A stretch of 57,807 nucleotides of DNA, counting the filler, from Trypethelium eluteriae (taxonomy: Eukaryota): the NCBI GenBank assembly GCA_051942245.1. It is 4 parts of 4 records of this genome, joined end to end, with 100 filler letters (N's around TTAATTAATTAA, not from the genome) between each part and the next. Parts side by side here need not be neighbours in the genome. Positions count along the whole stretch, not along the records: positions 1 to 14,419 come from JAVECL010000690.1; 3 more parts are not named here. The stretch is one strand, 5' to 3'. Each line of letters opens with the position of its first letter. The stretch's first letter is position 1. Under the pieces are notes generated by a model that worked only from the letters and a program-made list of their open reading frames with translations, did no database searches and was not told the DNA's origin. The translations under genes were made by a program, and so were the position numbers. Below, piece by piece: positions 1-11,300 of the stretch.

Positions 1-241
1 AGAGAATTTAGTAGGTGGGTTGGGGGAATGGAGCAGAGAGAACTGACGATTTCGCTGGGGAGCTTGCCGGATAGGGTGTAATTGAGAGCTACGACATTGT
101 AGCCCACTGTTGTATTTCGTTAATTGACGTTTGAGGGGCGCGCGAAAATTTCATGAGAAACTCACGTTCAGCGAGGAAGGAAAGTGTTTTTTGCAACTCG
201 TTCTCGTTTTGTACCCATTGCACGTTCAGGTCATAGAACAT
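1..241 (-). CDS. RPP1: RNase P/MRP subunit p30, 5' part (runs off the window start)
   Basis: Minus strand reads MFYDLNVQWVQNENELQKTLSFLAE, intron, LGYNVVALNYTLSGKLPSEI, intron. This matches the fungal Rpp1 N-terminus (MFYDLN..W...L..TL.FL.ELGY..VALN). Absent from the ORF track. Confidence 0.85.
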
Positions 242-1309
242 GCTCGAGGGTGAAGGCAAGATTTCAAGGCGTCAGTGGATGGAATGTACCCCGTCTGTGA
301 AAGGGCGTTAGCGTGGGGATAAAATGCAGCGATTCGACCAGGGTCAGAAAGTTACGGCACGCAACTAGAGCAAACGACGCCGTTTTGACATTTCCTTTTT
401 CTCGTGGACGTTACACTTGCAAAAACGGTCTCCTTCCATACCTAGCCGTCCATAAAAAAGCATCATATTTTTCCAATTCATTGTCTTATGCCCACAGCAA
501 GCTCTCTCATTGCTATTTCGAAGCAGCCTTAAAATTAACTGACCTTGTCTGCTAGAGACTAATTTTCGCCGCACCACGGTGGTCATGAGCATCAGAACCA
601 CTCCAACTAAATTTGGTGAAGCGCAGGGACCACACCTGTTCAGTCGCGATGAAATATGGCATTCAAAGGCAGTACATCGAGCCAATAGCCCTGAAATTGT
701 ACTTTGGAGTGGTGCGATAAGGTCGAGTTATCACTATTGTGACATCTGTTGGTAGAGATCTCGATTATCTGCCCTTGCGTTGAAGTACCTCAGATGGTTC
801 AGATACTTACGACCACCCTGGTGCATCCTTCATCGAATAAAACGCTAGTCATCGGATGTGGCTTATTGGTGCACCGAGCTCTCAGCATCTTTCTGATTTC
901 TCAGGAAATTGTTATATGGTAATTGAAACTTCAAGTCTAGAACCCACCGACGGCATGAACCTTCCTTTTCTTTCGCAAGCCAGATCGAGCTCTTGGAAAC
1001 ATCATGACGTGCGAAGATCTGGTTGATTCTATACCACTTCATGTTTATCCCTGCACCATTCATCTCGTCAATACCTAAAAAATGGCGTGCGCTGCTTCGG
1101 AAGCTCCCAGCCGATCAAGTCAAGCTCTCAAGCTCTAAGAAGCTGCCCCATGAAGACTAGCCAATTTGTTATCACCGTTGCCATCTTCCGTAATGGCGGA
1201 GGAATATCTAAAGGCTAGCCGTTTGGCATAAATTAAAATGTGAAGGGAAAAAAGTCGAATTGAGCGACCTGTACTGCGTTTAACGCACTCAACACATTCC
1301 TACACCACA

Positions 1310-3113
1310 ATGGCTGCTCAACCTGTTTCAATTGCTGTACAGCCGAATAAAGCTGATGACAGTGATATCGACGCCAGACATGGTAAAGTCCAAAGTGAGG
1401 TCGTCGTGGATGAAGGCAGATTTGCCTCGAACCCTTTCGCAGATCCGAAAATTGCAGAGCATTACAGGGAAATCTACGAACAAGCTCAGTACGAATGTCG
1501 CCACGTCTTTGATCCAGAGCTTGAATGGGATCCTGCCGAGGAAAAGAGGCTTGTCAGAAAACTGGACTGGCACGTGTGCCTTTGGGCATGCATAATGTTC
1601 TTTGCTCTCCAGGTTGACCGGGGCAATTTGAGCCAAGCCGTATCGGATAATATGCTAGACCAATTAGGCCTGAATACCAATCAATATAACAATGGTAAGA
1701 TGATAATGATAGGAGAGTCGGAACTTTGCTGACTTCTGTACCTAGGAAATGTGATTTTCCGAGTATCCTTTTTGTTGGCAGAGCTTCCCTCACAACTCAT
1801 TTCCAAGAAGCTTGGCCCTGATAGATGGATCCCGATGCAGATGGCGCTCTGGTCTGTAGTGGCTGCGGCTCAAGTTGGTCTCAGAGGAAAGTCCAGTTTC
1901 TATGCTTGCAGGAGTCTACTCGGAATTCTGGAAGGAGGCTTCATTCCTGACCTCGTCCTTTGGCTCTCTTATTTCTACACCAGCCCCGAACTTCCGGTCC
2001 GCTTGAGTTTCTTCTGGGCCGCTACAAATATTACGGACATTGTGACCTCTCTCCTTGCCTTCGCACTTCTTCATCTGGACGGAGTTCATGGCATAGCTGG
2101 CTGGAGATGGCTATTCCTAATCGAGGGTCTCATCACCTTCAGCGTCGGCGTGGCAGCTTTCTTCTTGATGCCTGCTTCTGCAGTTCAGACCAAAACCTGG
2201 TTTCGTCCGAAAGGCTGGTTCACTGACCGCGAAGTCGGGATCGTTGTTAATCGTGTCTTGCGTGATGATCCTTCGAAAGGTGACATGCATAATCGGATGG
2301 GCATCACGCCCAAGCGTCTCTGGGACGCGCTGTTGGATTATGATATGTGGCCGGTATGGCTGACGGTTTACCAGGGGAAGGCTTTTTCGCTAATTCTACT
2401 CAGATTTACCTTCTAGGTCTAATCGTCTTCATCCCGTTCCAACCACCGAATACATACCTTACTCTCACTCTCCGACAGATTGGATTCAGCACGGTATGTC
2501 CCATGAGTATCATTAAGCCCCAAAACCTTTCTGATGAGTTTCACAGTTCAATACAAACCTTCTTACCATTCCAGCCGAAGTCTTAAATACTTTCTCACTC
2601 CTCGCCATAACATGGCTCAGCGAACGGGTCGGCGAGCGTTCTCTCGTATCCATGGTCCAGGACATCTGGACGCTTCCCTGTGTCATTGCACTCAGATGGT
2701 GGCCAGGAACATACACCGACGCATGGGGCACTTGGGCATTGGTCACTACTCTACTAAGTTATCCATACTGTCATGCCATAATCGTTGCTTGGGCATCTAG
2801 GAACTCAGGCTCGGTGCGCACACGCTCGGTTTCGGCGGCGGTCTACAACATGTTTGTGCAGTGCGGTGACGTTATTTCCTTTTACGTTTATCGAGCGGAC
2901 GATAAACCCTTGTATCACCGAGGCAATGCAGTCTTGGTCGCGATAAATCTTTTGGCCATTGCGTTGTTCATCGGTACCAAGATCTATTACGTGTGGAGAA
3001 ATAAGACCAGAGAGAAGAGGTGGAATGCCATGAGTGAAGAGCAGCATGAGGACTATCTTAACCATACAAAGGACGAAGGGAACAAGAGGCTTGACTTTCG
3101 CTTTAAGCATTGA
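1310..3113 (+). CDS. MFS transporter, anion:cation symporter (Dal5) family, resembling Soa1/YIL166C and AstA sulfonate/sulfate transporters; 4 exons
   Basis: Motifs YECRHVFDP, LVRKLDW, DRGNLSQA, ELPSQL, LEGGFIPD, GWRWLFLIEG and terminal DFRF. Introns at 1695-1745, 2354-2403 and from about 2494. Confidence 0.85.
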
Positions 3114-3604
3114 GATGTCGATTTGTTTGGGTGGTACAGCAGGATAAAGTAGCATTAGATAACACATCGTGGTAAGTCAAACGATAGAGTAAGGTAGCAT
3201 TGCGAAGTCAAATGTCGATCAGAGGGTGAGAGCTTGCATCATTTGCGGTGGCACTGGCGTCAAAGGTTTTAGCCGAGCGGGGATAAGCTTCCGAAAATGG
3301 TCGTTTCCACATGAACGCCAAGCTAAAGTGGTACACCAAAACCGCATCAGATTCTTCATCTACGGGCAGGTAACTAGCCACCGACTTCGCGATGGTCCCA
3401 AGGCAAGTCCGATTGACGCAATTTGACTTCATGCCACGTGGATTTCCTGCTCTTGGATAGGTGCATCTGCTGAGATCTGGTTGGGGTCCTTGTCGCGCCA
3501 AGGCCTAGTTCTCGGTGTCATTCGCAAAACGCACAAGGCTTTATCAGCATTCTTAGGCCTTATCCTTGACGTGACAATTGCCTAAATCAGCTGTCTCAGC
3601 AACG

Positions 3605-3615
3605 GTACGGAGTAC
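3605..3615. promoter_or_regulatory. GTACGGAGTAC intergenic motif (also at 7033-7043 reverse strand and 21341-21351)
   Basis: Exact 11-mer seen three times, each upstream of a gene start. Confidence 0.4.
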
Positions 3616-4153
3616 TCAACGCTACAAGGGAGTCTCAGCGGGCGTACTCTGATGGCATCTGTAATCTTCAACCCTATCTTGGGAGACGACACATACCGAA
3701 GGGACATCAGGCAAGAAGAAGACGCGACCAGCTTTTGAGCTTGACTTAAAAGATACACGGCATATCAAGAACACCCACATCCTGGGGCCACATAAGTAGC
3801 CTTGGTTCCTTTTCCTCAGAGCTCGTGCTAATGCGTGATGTACCTTCGCACAGGATCGGCCGCCTCTAGAACCGAGTTTTGATGCATTGGTTGGTGAATA
3901 CAGCGCTGATCAGAGCACATATCTATACGTCTCATGAGGCACGGTGGCACCATCCGAAGCAAAGTAGCAAATTGGTCTCTCTACCGGTGACTTCACAGAT
4001 TTCGGAGTAATCCGACCGAATCCCTGGGATATGTACCCATAGATTGGGTGGCCCATGTCCAAAGCTGTGCATTTGTCCGGGATCTGCTCCTTTCGCGACA
4101 TGATGCGACTAGAGGAGGGGATCGCATCGCAGTCCAGGCTTCGTAACCATGGA

Positions 4154-4163
4154 ATTGCGCCAT
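4154..4163. promoter_or_regulatory. Candidate CYS-3/MetR bZIP sulfur-response site ATTGCGCCAT
   Basis: Near-palindrome one base from the ATGRYRYCAT CYS-3 consensus, about 280 bp upstream of the methionine permease ATG. A second near-match GTGGCACCAT lies at 3944-3953. Confidence 0.45.
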
Positions 4164-4439
4164 TTAGTGGGTAAGGCACGCACGACTTGCATGTGGGGGG
4201 TTTTTATCATTGCACCTTCGCTATGTAAGAGGTCTGCTATTTGGACATGGTCTACCTATTTCTCTACGCGATTCTCTGATAGCAGTGAATCGCGCTATCA
4301 CGACTCCTGGCCCCGGTTCCTGCCTGCATTGCCTACTACTTCCAAGCCAGGTGCGACTACAAGTGGGCAGTGTTTGCTGACCGCCTTCACGAGAGATTCA
4401 GGACTGTGTCTCAGACAGCTCGATCGTATCCTCGTCGAC

Positions 4440-6375
4440 ATGATGTCTTGGCGCGGTATTAGGCGAAAGCGAGATGTGCACGTCTCCGCGACAGGGGTTG
4501 ATGTTGATGCCCCATCGGACACGGTCTCTGAAGGAAGCCTGAAGTTTACATTCGAGCAGGGTGGTAATAATTCAGATCCATCTTACCAAGAGGCATCAGG
4601 AGCGCCAGTTGAAAGAAGATCCCCGCTAGGGTACTCCGCTGGTCCGATTGCCATAATAATGCTCAATCTTAGCAAGATGGTTGGAACCGGCATTTACTCA
4701 ACACCCTCTTCTGTTCTGTCAGGAACTGGCTCCGTTGGACTCAGCTTGATCTTCTGGGCTCTTGGGTTTTTTATCTCGCTCGCTTCGCTTGCTGTTTATC
4801 TCGAATATGCAGCCTATTTCCCAAACCGTTCCGGCTCTGAAGTCGTGTATCTGGAGCAGGCGTTCCCAAGGCCAAAGTATTTCTTCCCGACAACGTTCGC
4901 TGTTCAGACTGTCGTCCTCTCGTTCAGCAGTAGCAATGCAATTGTCCTGGCAGAGTACCTTTTCAGGGTCCATGGCAGCTCACCAAGCCCATGGCAGCTG
5001 AAAGGGGTCGCTATTGGTGGCTATACTGTAGCCTTTCTTCTAGTTGTCTTCCATACACGTTCCTCTTATTGGGTTTCGAATGGCATTGGAATTGTGAAGC
5101 TACTGACGCTGATTTTCGTTGCTATCACGGGTCTAGTCGTTCTGGGTGGCAATGTACACAGAGTTCCTGATCCCACAGCAAACTTTCGAGACGCATTCGC
5201 TGGAACTCTCAATTCGGGATATGGCCCAACCAACGCTCTGTATAAGATTGTCTTCTCCTACAGTGGCTATGAAAATGCATTCAACGTAGTGAACGAAGTG
5301 AAGAATCCGGTGAAGACGATTCGAAATAATGCAACCATTGCGTTACTGACTGTCAGCGTTTTATATGTTCTCGCCAACATTGCCTACTTTGCGGCTGTGC
5401 CAAAAGAGGAATTGATGGAGTCATCACAAGTTGCTGCTAGCCTGTTTTTCGAGAAGGTATTCGGGTCGAGCGGTGCAGCTAGAGGCTTGAGCTTCTTGAT
5501 CGCCCTGAGTGCTTTTGGCAATTTGGTTGCCGTGCTCATTGGTCAATCTCGTATGATCCGAGAGTGTGGCCGGTAAGCTAATCTTGAACGCCTACCTCAT
5601 GGAATTACCGCTGACGAGCATGAATAGGCAAGGAGTCCTACCATTTCCTAGATTTTGGGCCTCTACTAAGCCCTTTGGCACGCCTTTTGGACCTTACTTT
5701 GTCAAATGGGCCTTGACTCTGCTTATGATTCTTGCACCTCCTGCAGGTGATGCCTTCAACTTCGGTACGCTTAATATCTGTCAGGCGCTTAGTGCGTATG
5801 ATTAACGTCTTTTCACTAGTCGTTGATCTGAGTATTTATCCAAACTCAGCGTTCCTCTTCATTATGGCGGTGGGCCTCTACCTTGTCCGTTACCGTCGAA
5901 AGAAGTTAGGTGTTGGTCGTTCAAGCTTCCGAGCATGGGATGTAGCTCTAATTTTCACTATTATTGTGAACCTCTACTTGCTCGTGATGCCTTGGTATCC
6001 ACCATCCGATGGCGCCGACGGAGGTGATGTGAGCTTTTGGTACGCCACATACGCGGCTACAGGTGTTGGAATGTGAGTCAACTCTTCGTCCCTCATCATC
6101 ATGTTTTATTGAACGAAAGGCACTGACTTCTATGCTGCAGCCTTGTGTTCTGCGCCGTATATTATTGGGTCTGGGTATATGTCTTGCCGAGGTTTGGGCA
6201 CTATCGGATGCGGCAGGAAGCTGTCATATTGGGTGAAGATAGTGTGACGCATAGACTTGTGAAAGTACCGAATGATAAACTCACCGAATGGGACGAAACG
6301 CATGATGCAGTCGGAAGAGAGCTGAGGTCGAATGCAATCAACAGCGACACTATACTTACAGATCCAGAAAAGTAG
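4440..6375 (+). CDS. MUP1: High-affinity methionine permease-like APC/LAT amino acid transporter; 4 exons
   Basis: Motifs SYQEASGAPVE..SPLG, GTGIYSTP, SGSEVVYLEQAFPRP, YSGYENAF and RQGVLPF. Likely start is the ATG at 4440, in frame with ORF 4149-5576. Introns near 5573, 5765 and 6073. Confidence 0.85.
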
Positions 6376-7239
6376 CTTGCTGAAGCAAAGACACCATTGC
6401 CAAATGAAAGGCAGTGTTACTGACCACGAACACTCAATAAGCGAATTGGCCGAGCCTGTTTTTCTAATGAACTGCGCAGAAGAAGAAAGCAAAAGATTAT
6501 GGAGACCCTGTACAAACACTATCGTATATATTTTGGTCTAGGATCCTTGTAGCTTCTTTTGGGAAATGACGAGACGCTGAGATGCATATGTTAGATCTTT
6601 TCTATCCACGCTCCAATTACAACATTTTATGAGGTCTGGATATATGACACCTGCGACCTGAGGATGCATCGATTCATCATGTCTGCACGAGCCCCACTTG
6701 TGACTTTTGTTTGCTTCCATTCAAAGCAATCTCAAGCCTGCCTGTAGAAGAAGCACTGGGTTTACGCGGCGAAGTAGTCGTACTGTCGGCTTCTTGACTA
6801 AGATGGATAGCATGCAGGAATCGAGTGAGCGACTGATGATAGTAAAGAACTACGATGTGGTGAGCCAGTGATCGCATCTTGCACTGTATTTAAGGGAAGT
6901 TTCAGATGGTCATCAGTGCGAGGTGCGTAGTGACAGCTTTTGTAGCCCAGCACACTCAGTATCGTAAGGCAAGCTGCATACGACTACGCTAAATTCTAGC
7001 TGTGTGGTGGACCCCACCACAATCCACCACCTGTACTCCGTACCGCCTAAGCTCCCCACAACATCACCGGTTTATGAATGCGTGTGAGGGAAACCTACTT
7101 TGGGTATATAAGTCCAAGTCCACCTCCCTTCCAACGTCAGAGATCAAGAGCATATTAAACTCTGCTGACGCATCTCCTCTCACAAAGTTAGGTGTCCGAC
7201 TCGATTTCCTCAGCCCTTCGAGGCTGCCCACCTCAGACC

Positions 7240-8515
7240 ATGGCCCGGGTCTACGCCGACGTGAACCAGCAGATGCCAAGGGCGTATTGGGACTATGATA
7301 GTGTGAACATATCCTGGGGTGTCTTGGAAAACTATGAGATCGTCCGTAAGATTGGTAGGCAAAAGCTAAGGGCATTCCAGCAGCTGGCTATGCGACTGAC
7401 TGATTACTACAGGGAGAGGAAAATACTCCGAGGTATTCGAGGGCATCAATGTCGTTAACTACCAGAAATGCGTCGTCAAGGTCCTGAAGCCAGTCAAGAA
7501 GAAGAAGATCAAGAGAGAGATCAAAATATTGCAGAATCTATCAGGCGGGCCGAATGTCGTTGCCTTGCTCGATGTTGTTAGAGACAGCCAGGTCGGCATT
7601 CCCAGATACTGTCAAGAGAAGAAGCGTATGGCTGATGAAGAACCATCCAGAGCAAGACGCCATCCCTTATTTTTGAGTATGTGAACAACACCGACTTCAG
7701 GAGTTTATACCCCAAATTCCAAGATTATGACGTTCGGTATTACATCTTCGAGCTGTTAAAGGTATACTCATTATCAAACAATACGCTATGCTCATACGAT
7801 CTAACACTGAGGACAGGCCCTTGATTTCTGTCATAGCAAGGGCATTATGCATCGAGACGTTAAGCCCCACAACGTTATGATTGACCATGAGAAACGAAAG
7901 GTGAGCTCGCTCTATCCGCCTTTTCAAGGTCAGAATATTGACAGTATCAAGCTGCGATTAATCGACTGGGGACTCGCAGAATTCTACCACCAAGGGACCG
8001 AATATAATGTCCGAGTAGCCTCGAGATACTTCAAGGGACCAGAACTGCTTGTTGATTTCCAAGAGTATGACTACTCCCTTGATATGTGGTCGCTCGGTGC
8101 AATGTTCGCATCAATGATCTTCCGTAAAGAGCCTTTCTTCCACGGCCAGAGTAATCCGGACCAACTAGTCAAGATCGCAAAAGTTCTTGGGACCGAAGAC
8201 CTCTTTGACTATCTGGATAAGTACGATATTGAGCTCGATGCGCAATATGATGATGTACTAGGGCGTTTTCCGAAGAAGAACTGGAACAGCTTTGTCAATG
8301 CTGAGAACCAGCGATTTGTGAGCCCGGAAGCGATCGACTTTCTCGATAAGTTGTTGAGATACGATCACCAAGTACGTCTCTGGACGATGGGCTTAAAGAA
8401 TGACCTGCTAACGTAGATGTAGGAACGACTTACGGCAAAAGAAGCAATGAATCACCCCTACTTTGCACCAGTACGACAAGCTGCCCTACAGAACTCTACG
8501 CCCTCTCATTCTTGA
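7240..8515 (+). CDS. CKA1: Casein kinase II catalytic subunit alpha
   Basis: [18 protein letters not shown] split by an intron, [41 protein letters not shown]. Stop TGA at 8513-8515. Confidence 0.97.
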
Positions 8516-9231
8516 TCTTGCCTTTGTGCCGTTAGTCGCCACGCCCCACGAAAGCGCGTCGTGGATTGACCAAATTAGCACAGGTATCACCTCTGTGCTG
8601 ACATTACGAAATTCTTCTCGTTCTTTACTCCACAAAAAGAGAGAGCTACGATGGCGTAGCGGATGCTGTTGTTCTCGACCCTTCTCAAGTAGGGACTCTC
8701 AGCCGGTGTGTGATGATGTACTCTCAAACTCAAGCGCGAGGCTCCATAATTCATCGAATGAGGAAGGGGATGCTGGGCGGAATTGAAGGGGCGAGCACGG
8801 TTTCATAGGCGTTCGAGCGTCAGGAGAGAGAAAGTCATGCCGCATGGATCACGTAGCGTCAGGATAGACGACTCTTCTTCTTGTAGATATCCCATTCAAT
8901 TATCCCAGTTCTTCATGTGCAACCAGGCTCTGGGGTATTCTCGACTCGTAGATAAGGTATGCATTGTTACTGCTAATGCGTGCCTGCGTGTTATTGTTCC
9001 GATGATACTCGGCGAAATGTTGGGTGACACGGGCACGGGACCTACCTTACCCGCGGGTGGTTGCCCATCTGGGCTGCCCCACCTCTCCGAGCTTCACCCG
9101 CACGTAAAACATCAAGAGCTTCTTTCTACAAACCCCCCACTCATTACCGACTTGTGACTTGGCGGTATAGGACTTACCGTACAGCGCTTTTTCTGTGTGG
9201 CGCTAGACTTTAACAACGATTCTTCACAATT

Positions 9232-11300
9232 ATGGCACTCAACGCGGCGTCCCATAACATTCGTGAGTAGGACTTAAGTCGATATCGAAAGTCGCTTAGA
9301 CGGCTAACTTTTCTTCTAGCTGGCGAAGCTACCGGCCCAGCTTCAGGCCAGCCCCCTCCTGTATCCCAAGAAACAGCATCCGCGATCATTAATGCGTCCC
9401 AGCAAGACCCAATGGGACAGCAAGCCCCCGGTCGAGATGGAGGAGCCAAAGACGATGGGCAGAAGAGTGAAATTGAAGAGAAATCGTACGTGACTTCTCA
9501 GCAATGCCTGAGCATGAGCATTGTTGACTGATGGCAGTGGAAACGGAACGTCAAACGTCGGGGAAGACAAAGAAGTCAACCCAGAAGCAAGCGGAGAAGC
9601 AGAATCAAACCTCTAATCAACATCTTCAGAATTAAGAAAAGAAGCAATGAGCTAGAGAGGCAGAGGCACGACCTTGAAACTTCGAGTAAATGCCTCCTGA
9701 ACAGAAAGAGGCTATCAAGTCCATGAACGATACTGATTGAAAAGGGCACATTCCTGATGTTGTGGAGTCTGCGTGGTATCCTTGGTGGGAATGTAGGGCT
9801 TCTCTAGACCGGCGTGCGCCTAGAAATTATTAGAGGCCAAGAAGAAGAGAGCTCTCCGATTATACCTCCGTCGAATATTAACTCAGGTACGAGTGAAGAG
9901 CAAAATATGCACAATGACTAAAGCACTCGAAATGTCGTGGGAACCCTCCGTCCTGGATTAATTTTGAATAAGAGCCGGTCAGCCGCTGTTACTGCAAGCT
10001 TCGTCCAGCTCTGCGATGGATTCCTGCATCGCGGTAATCGACTGGTGAACTTGGCCGTCATGCTCAACACAGCCCTGGCAAACCTGGAAGTCCACTAAAA
10101 GGGGATACAAAAAATGGTTGTCTCCCAGAGTCTCCCAGAATGCGGAGCTAAGGCTCTGAGCTTCTCCTCGATTTAGGACACCACGGGTGGTAGAGATATT
10201 GATCTTGTCATTCGAGTAATTGAATTGGTTAGAAGATTCTGCAACGAAATTACCAAGCGACGGGCTATGTCCTTGGCAAGCTTGAATCTAGTCAAGGGTC
10301 TCAGAAGGCTGGAATGAAGATCAGCTACAAATCGTTATGTGAGCGGTGGATAGTTTTCAAAGCACACCACCGCTGTAAAAGACATCAATCACTCTCTTAT
10401 CCACCGACAGTTTTCTTGGGCTACCGGAATCACCAGCTCCTACTGCTACGACTGCCATTGTGAGTTCGCAGGATCATGTCATTTGCTATGACTCACTGAC
10501 CATTATAGATGATTTATACTTCGGGAAAAGCCTACGGAAAGCTTCTGCTGCCTTCGCAAATACCCTGGAAATGGATTGACCGCATGTCATAGCCATCATC
10601 CAAGACGAAAATCCACGAGAACGCGCGTCTGTCGTCGAAATTCTCTACACTGCCATCGGAGGCAGACTCGCTACGGTCACCTCCTTCATGCCCTTCCTCT
10701 ACGAAGAACTCTGGTAGCGCCTACTTCACGGCAAGTCCGATACAACCCCATCCATCACCAACGCCGCCCTGCTACGCTCCCACCATGGATGACCCCGTCT
10801 CATCGAATGTCTACGTCCTCCTTCGCTACTCTAAAGGTCGCCACTCCCTTTCCGCTAAGTATGCTATCCGCGACAAGGGTACCGCATATATAAATCTACA
10901 CCCTTGATAGCATCAGCCTCGCCTCAGCCCGCGCCGAATTCACCAACCCGTGTACCTTGTTCGGCAAGGCAGTCTGGCATATCGAGGTGCTAGCGCCGAG
11001 TAGCGCCGTGCCGAAGAGATGCACTGTATTTGCGGTGCCATGCACGCACGGCGGTGTACCTCAAGGGTGAAAGGCCGCGTAGACATCGAAGCGAAGATCG
11101 CCAAGGCGTGGGTGAGGGTGAAGAAGAACGCGGTGGGGGTGGCGAAGTAGCGGAAAATCCTGGAGGCGGAGGACTTCTGAATAAGGTGACCAAGGCGGTG
11201 CCGGGGGGCAGAGGAGAAGAAATTGGAGAATTTGGAGGCGGAACAGAGGGGTTACGAGAGCAGTATGGCGGGACTTGAAAAACCGCCGTTGAAAGGTTAA
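9232..11300 (+). pseudogene. VAS1: Degenerate valyl-tRNA synthetase with stops, frameshifts and large internal deletions
   Basis: Collinear ValRS blocks by manual translation: VESAWYPWWE (9762-9791), IIPPSN (PPPNVTG relic), FVQLCDGFLHRGNRLVNLAVMLNTALANLEV, LPECGAKALSF...RRFCNEI..YVLGKL, SLCERWI, SFMPFLYEELW*RL (10682-10723), VKGRVDIEAKIAKA and a coiled-coil tail ending at TAA 11298-11300. Confidence 0.9.

Noticed and set aside
4149..4439. 97-codon in-frame N-terminal extension of the methionine permease
   Set aside because: It does not resemble Mup1 and overlaps the candidate promoter site. The ATG at 4440 is the more plausible start.
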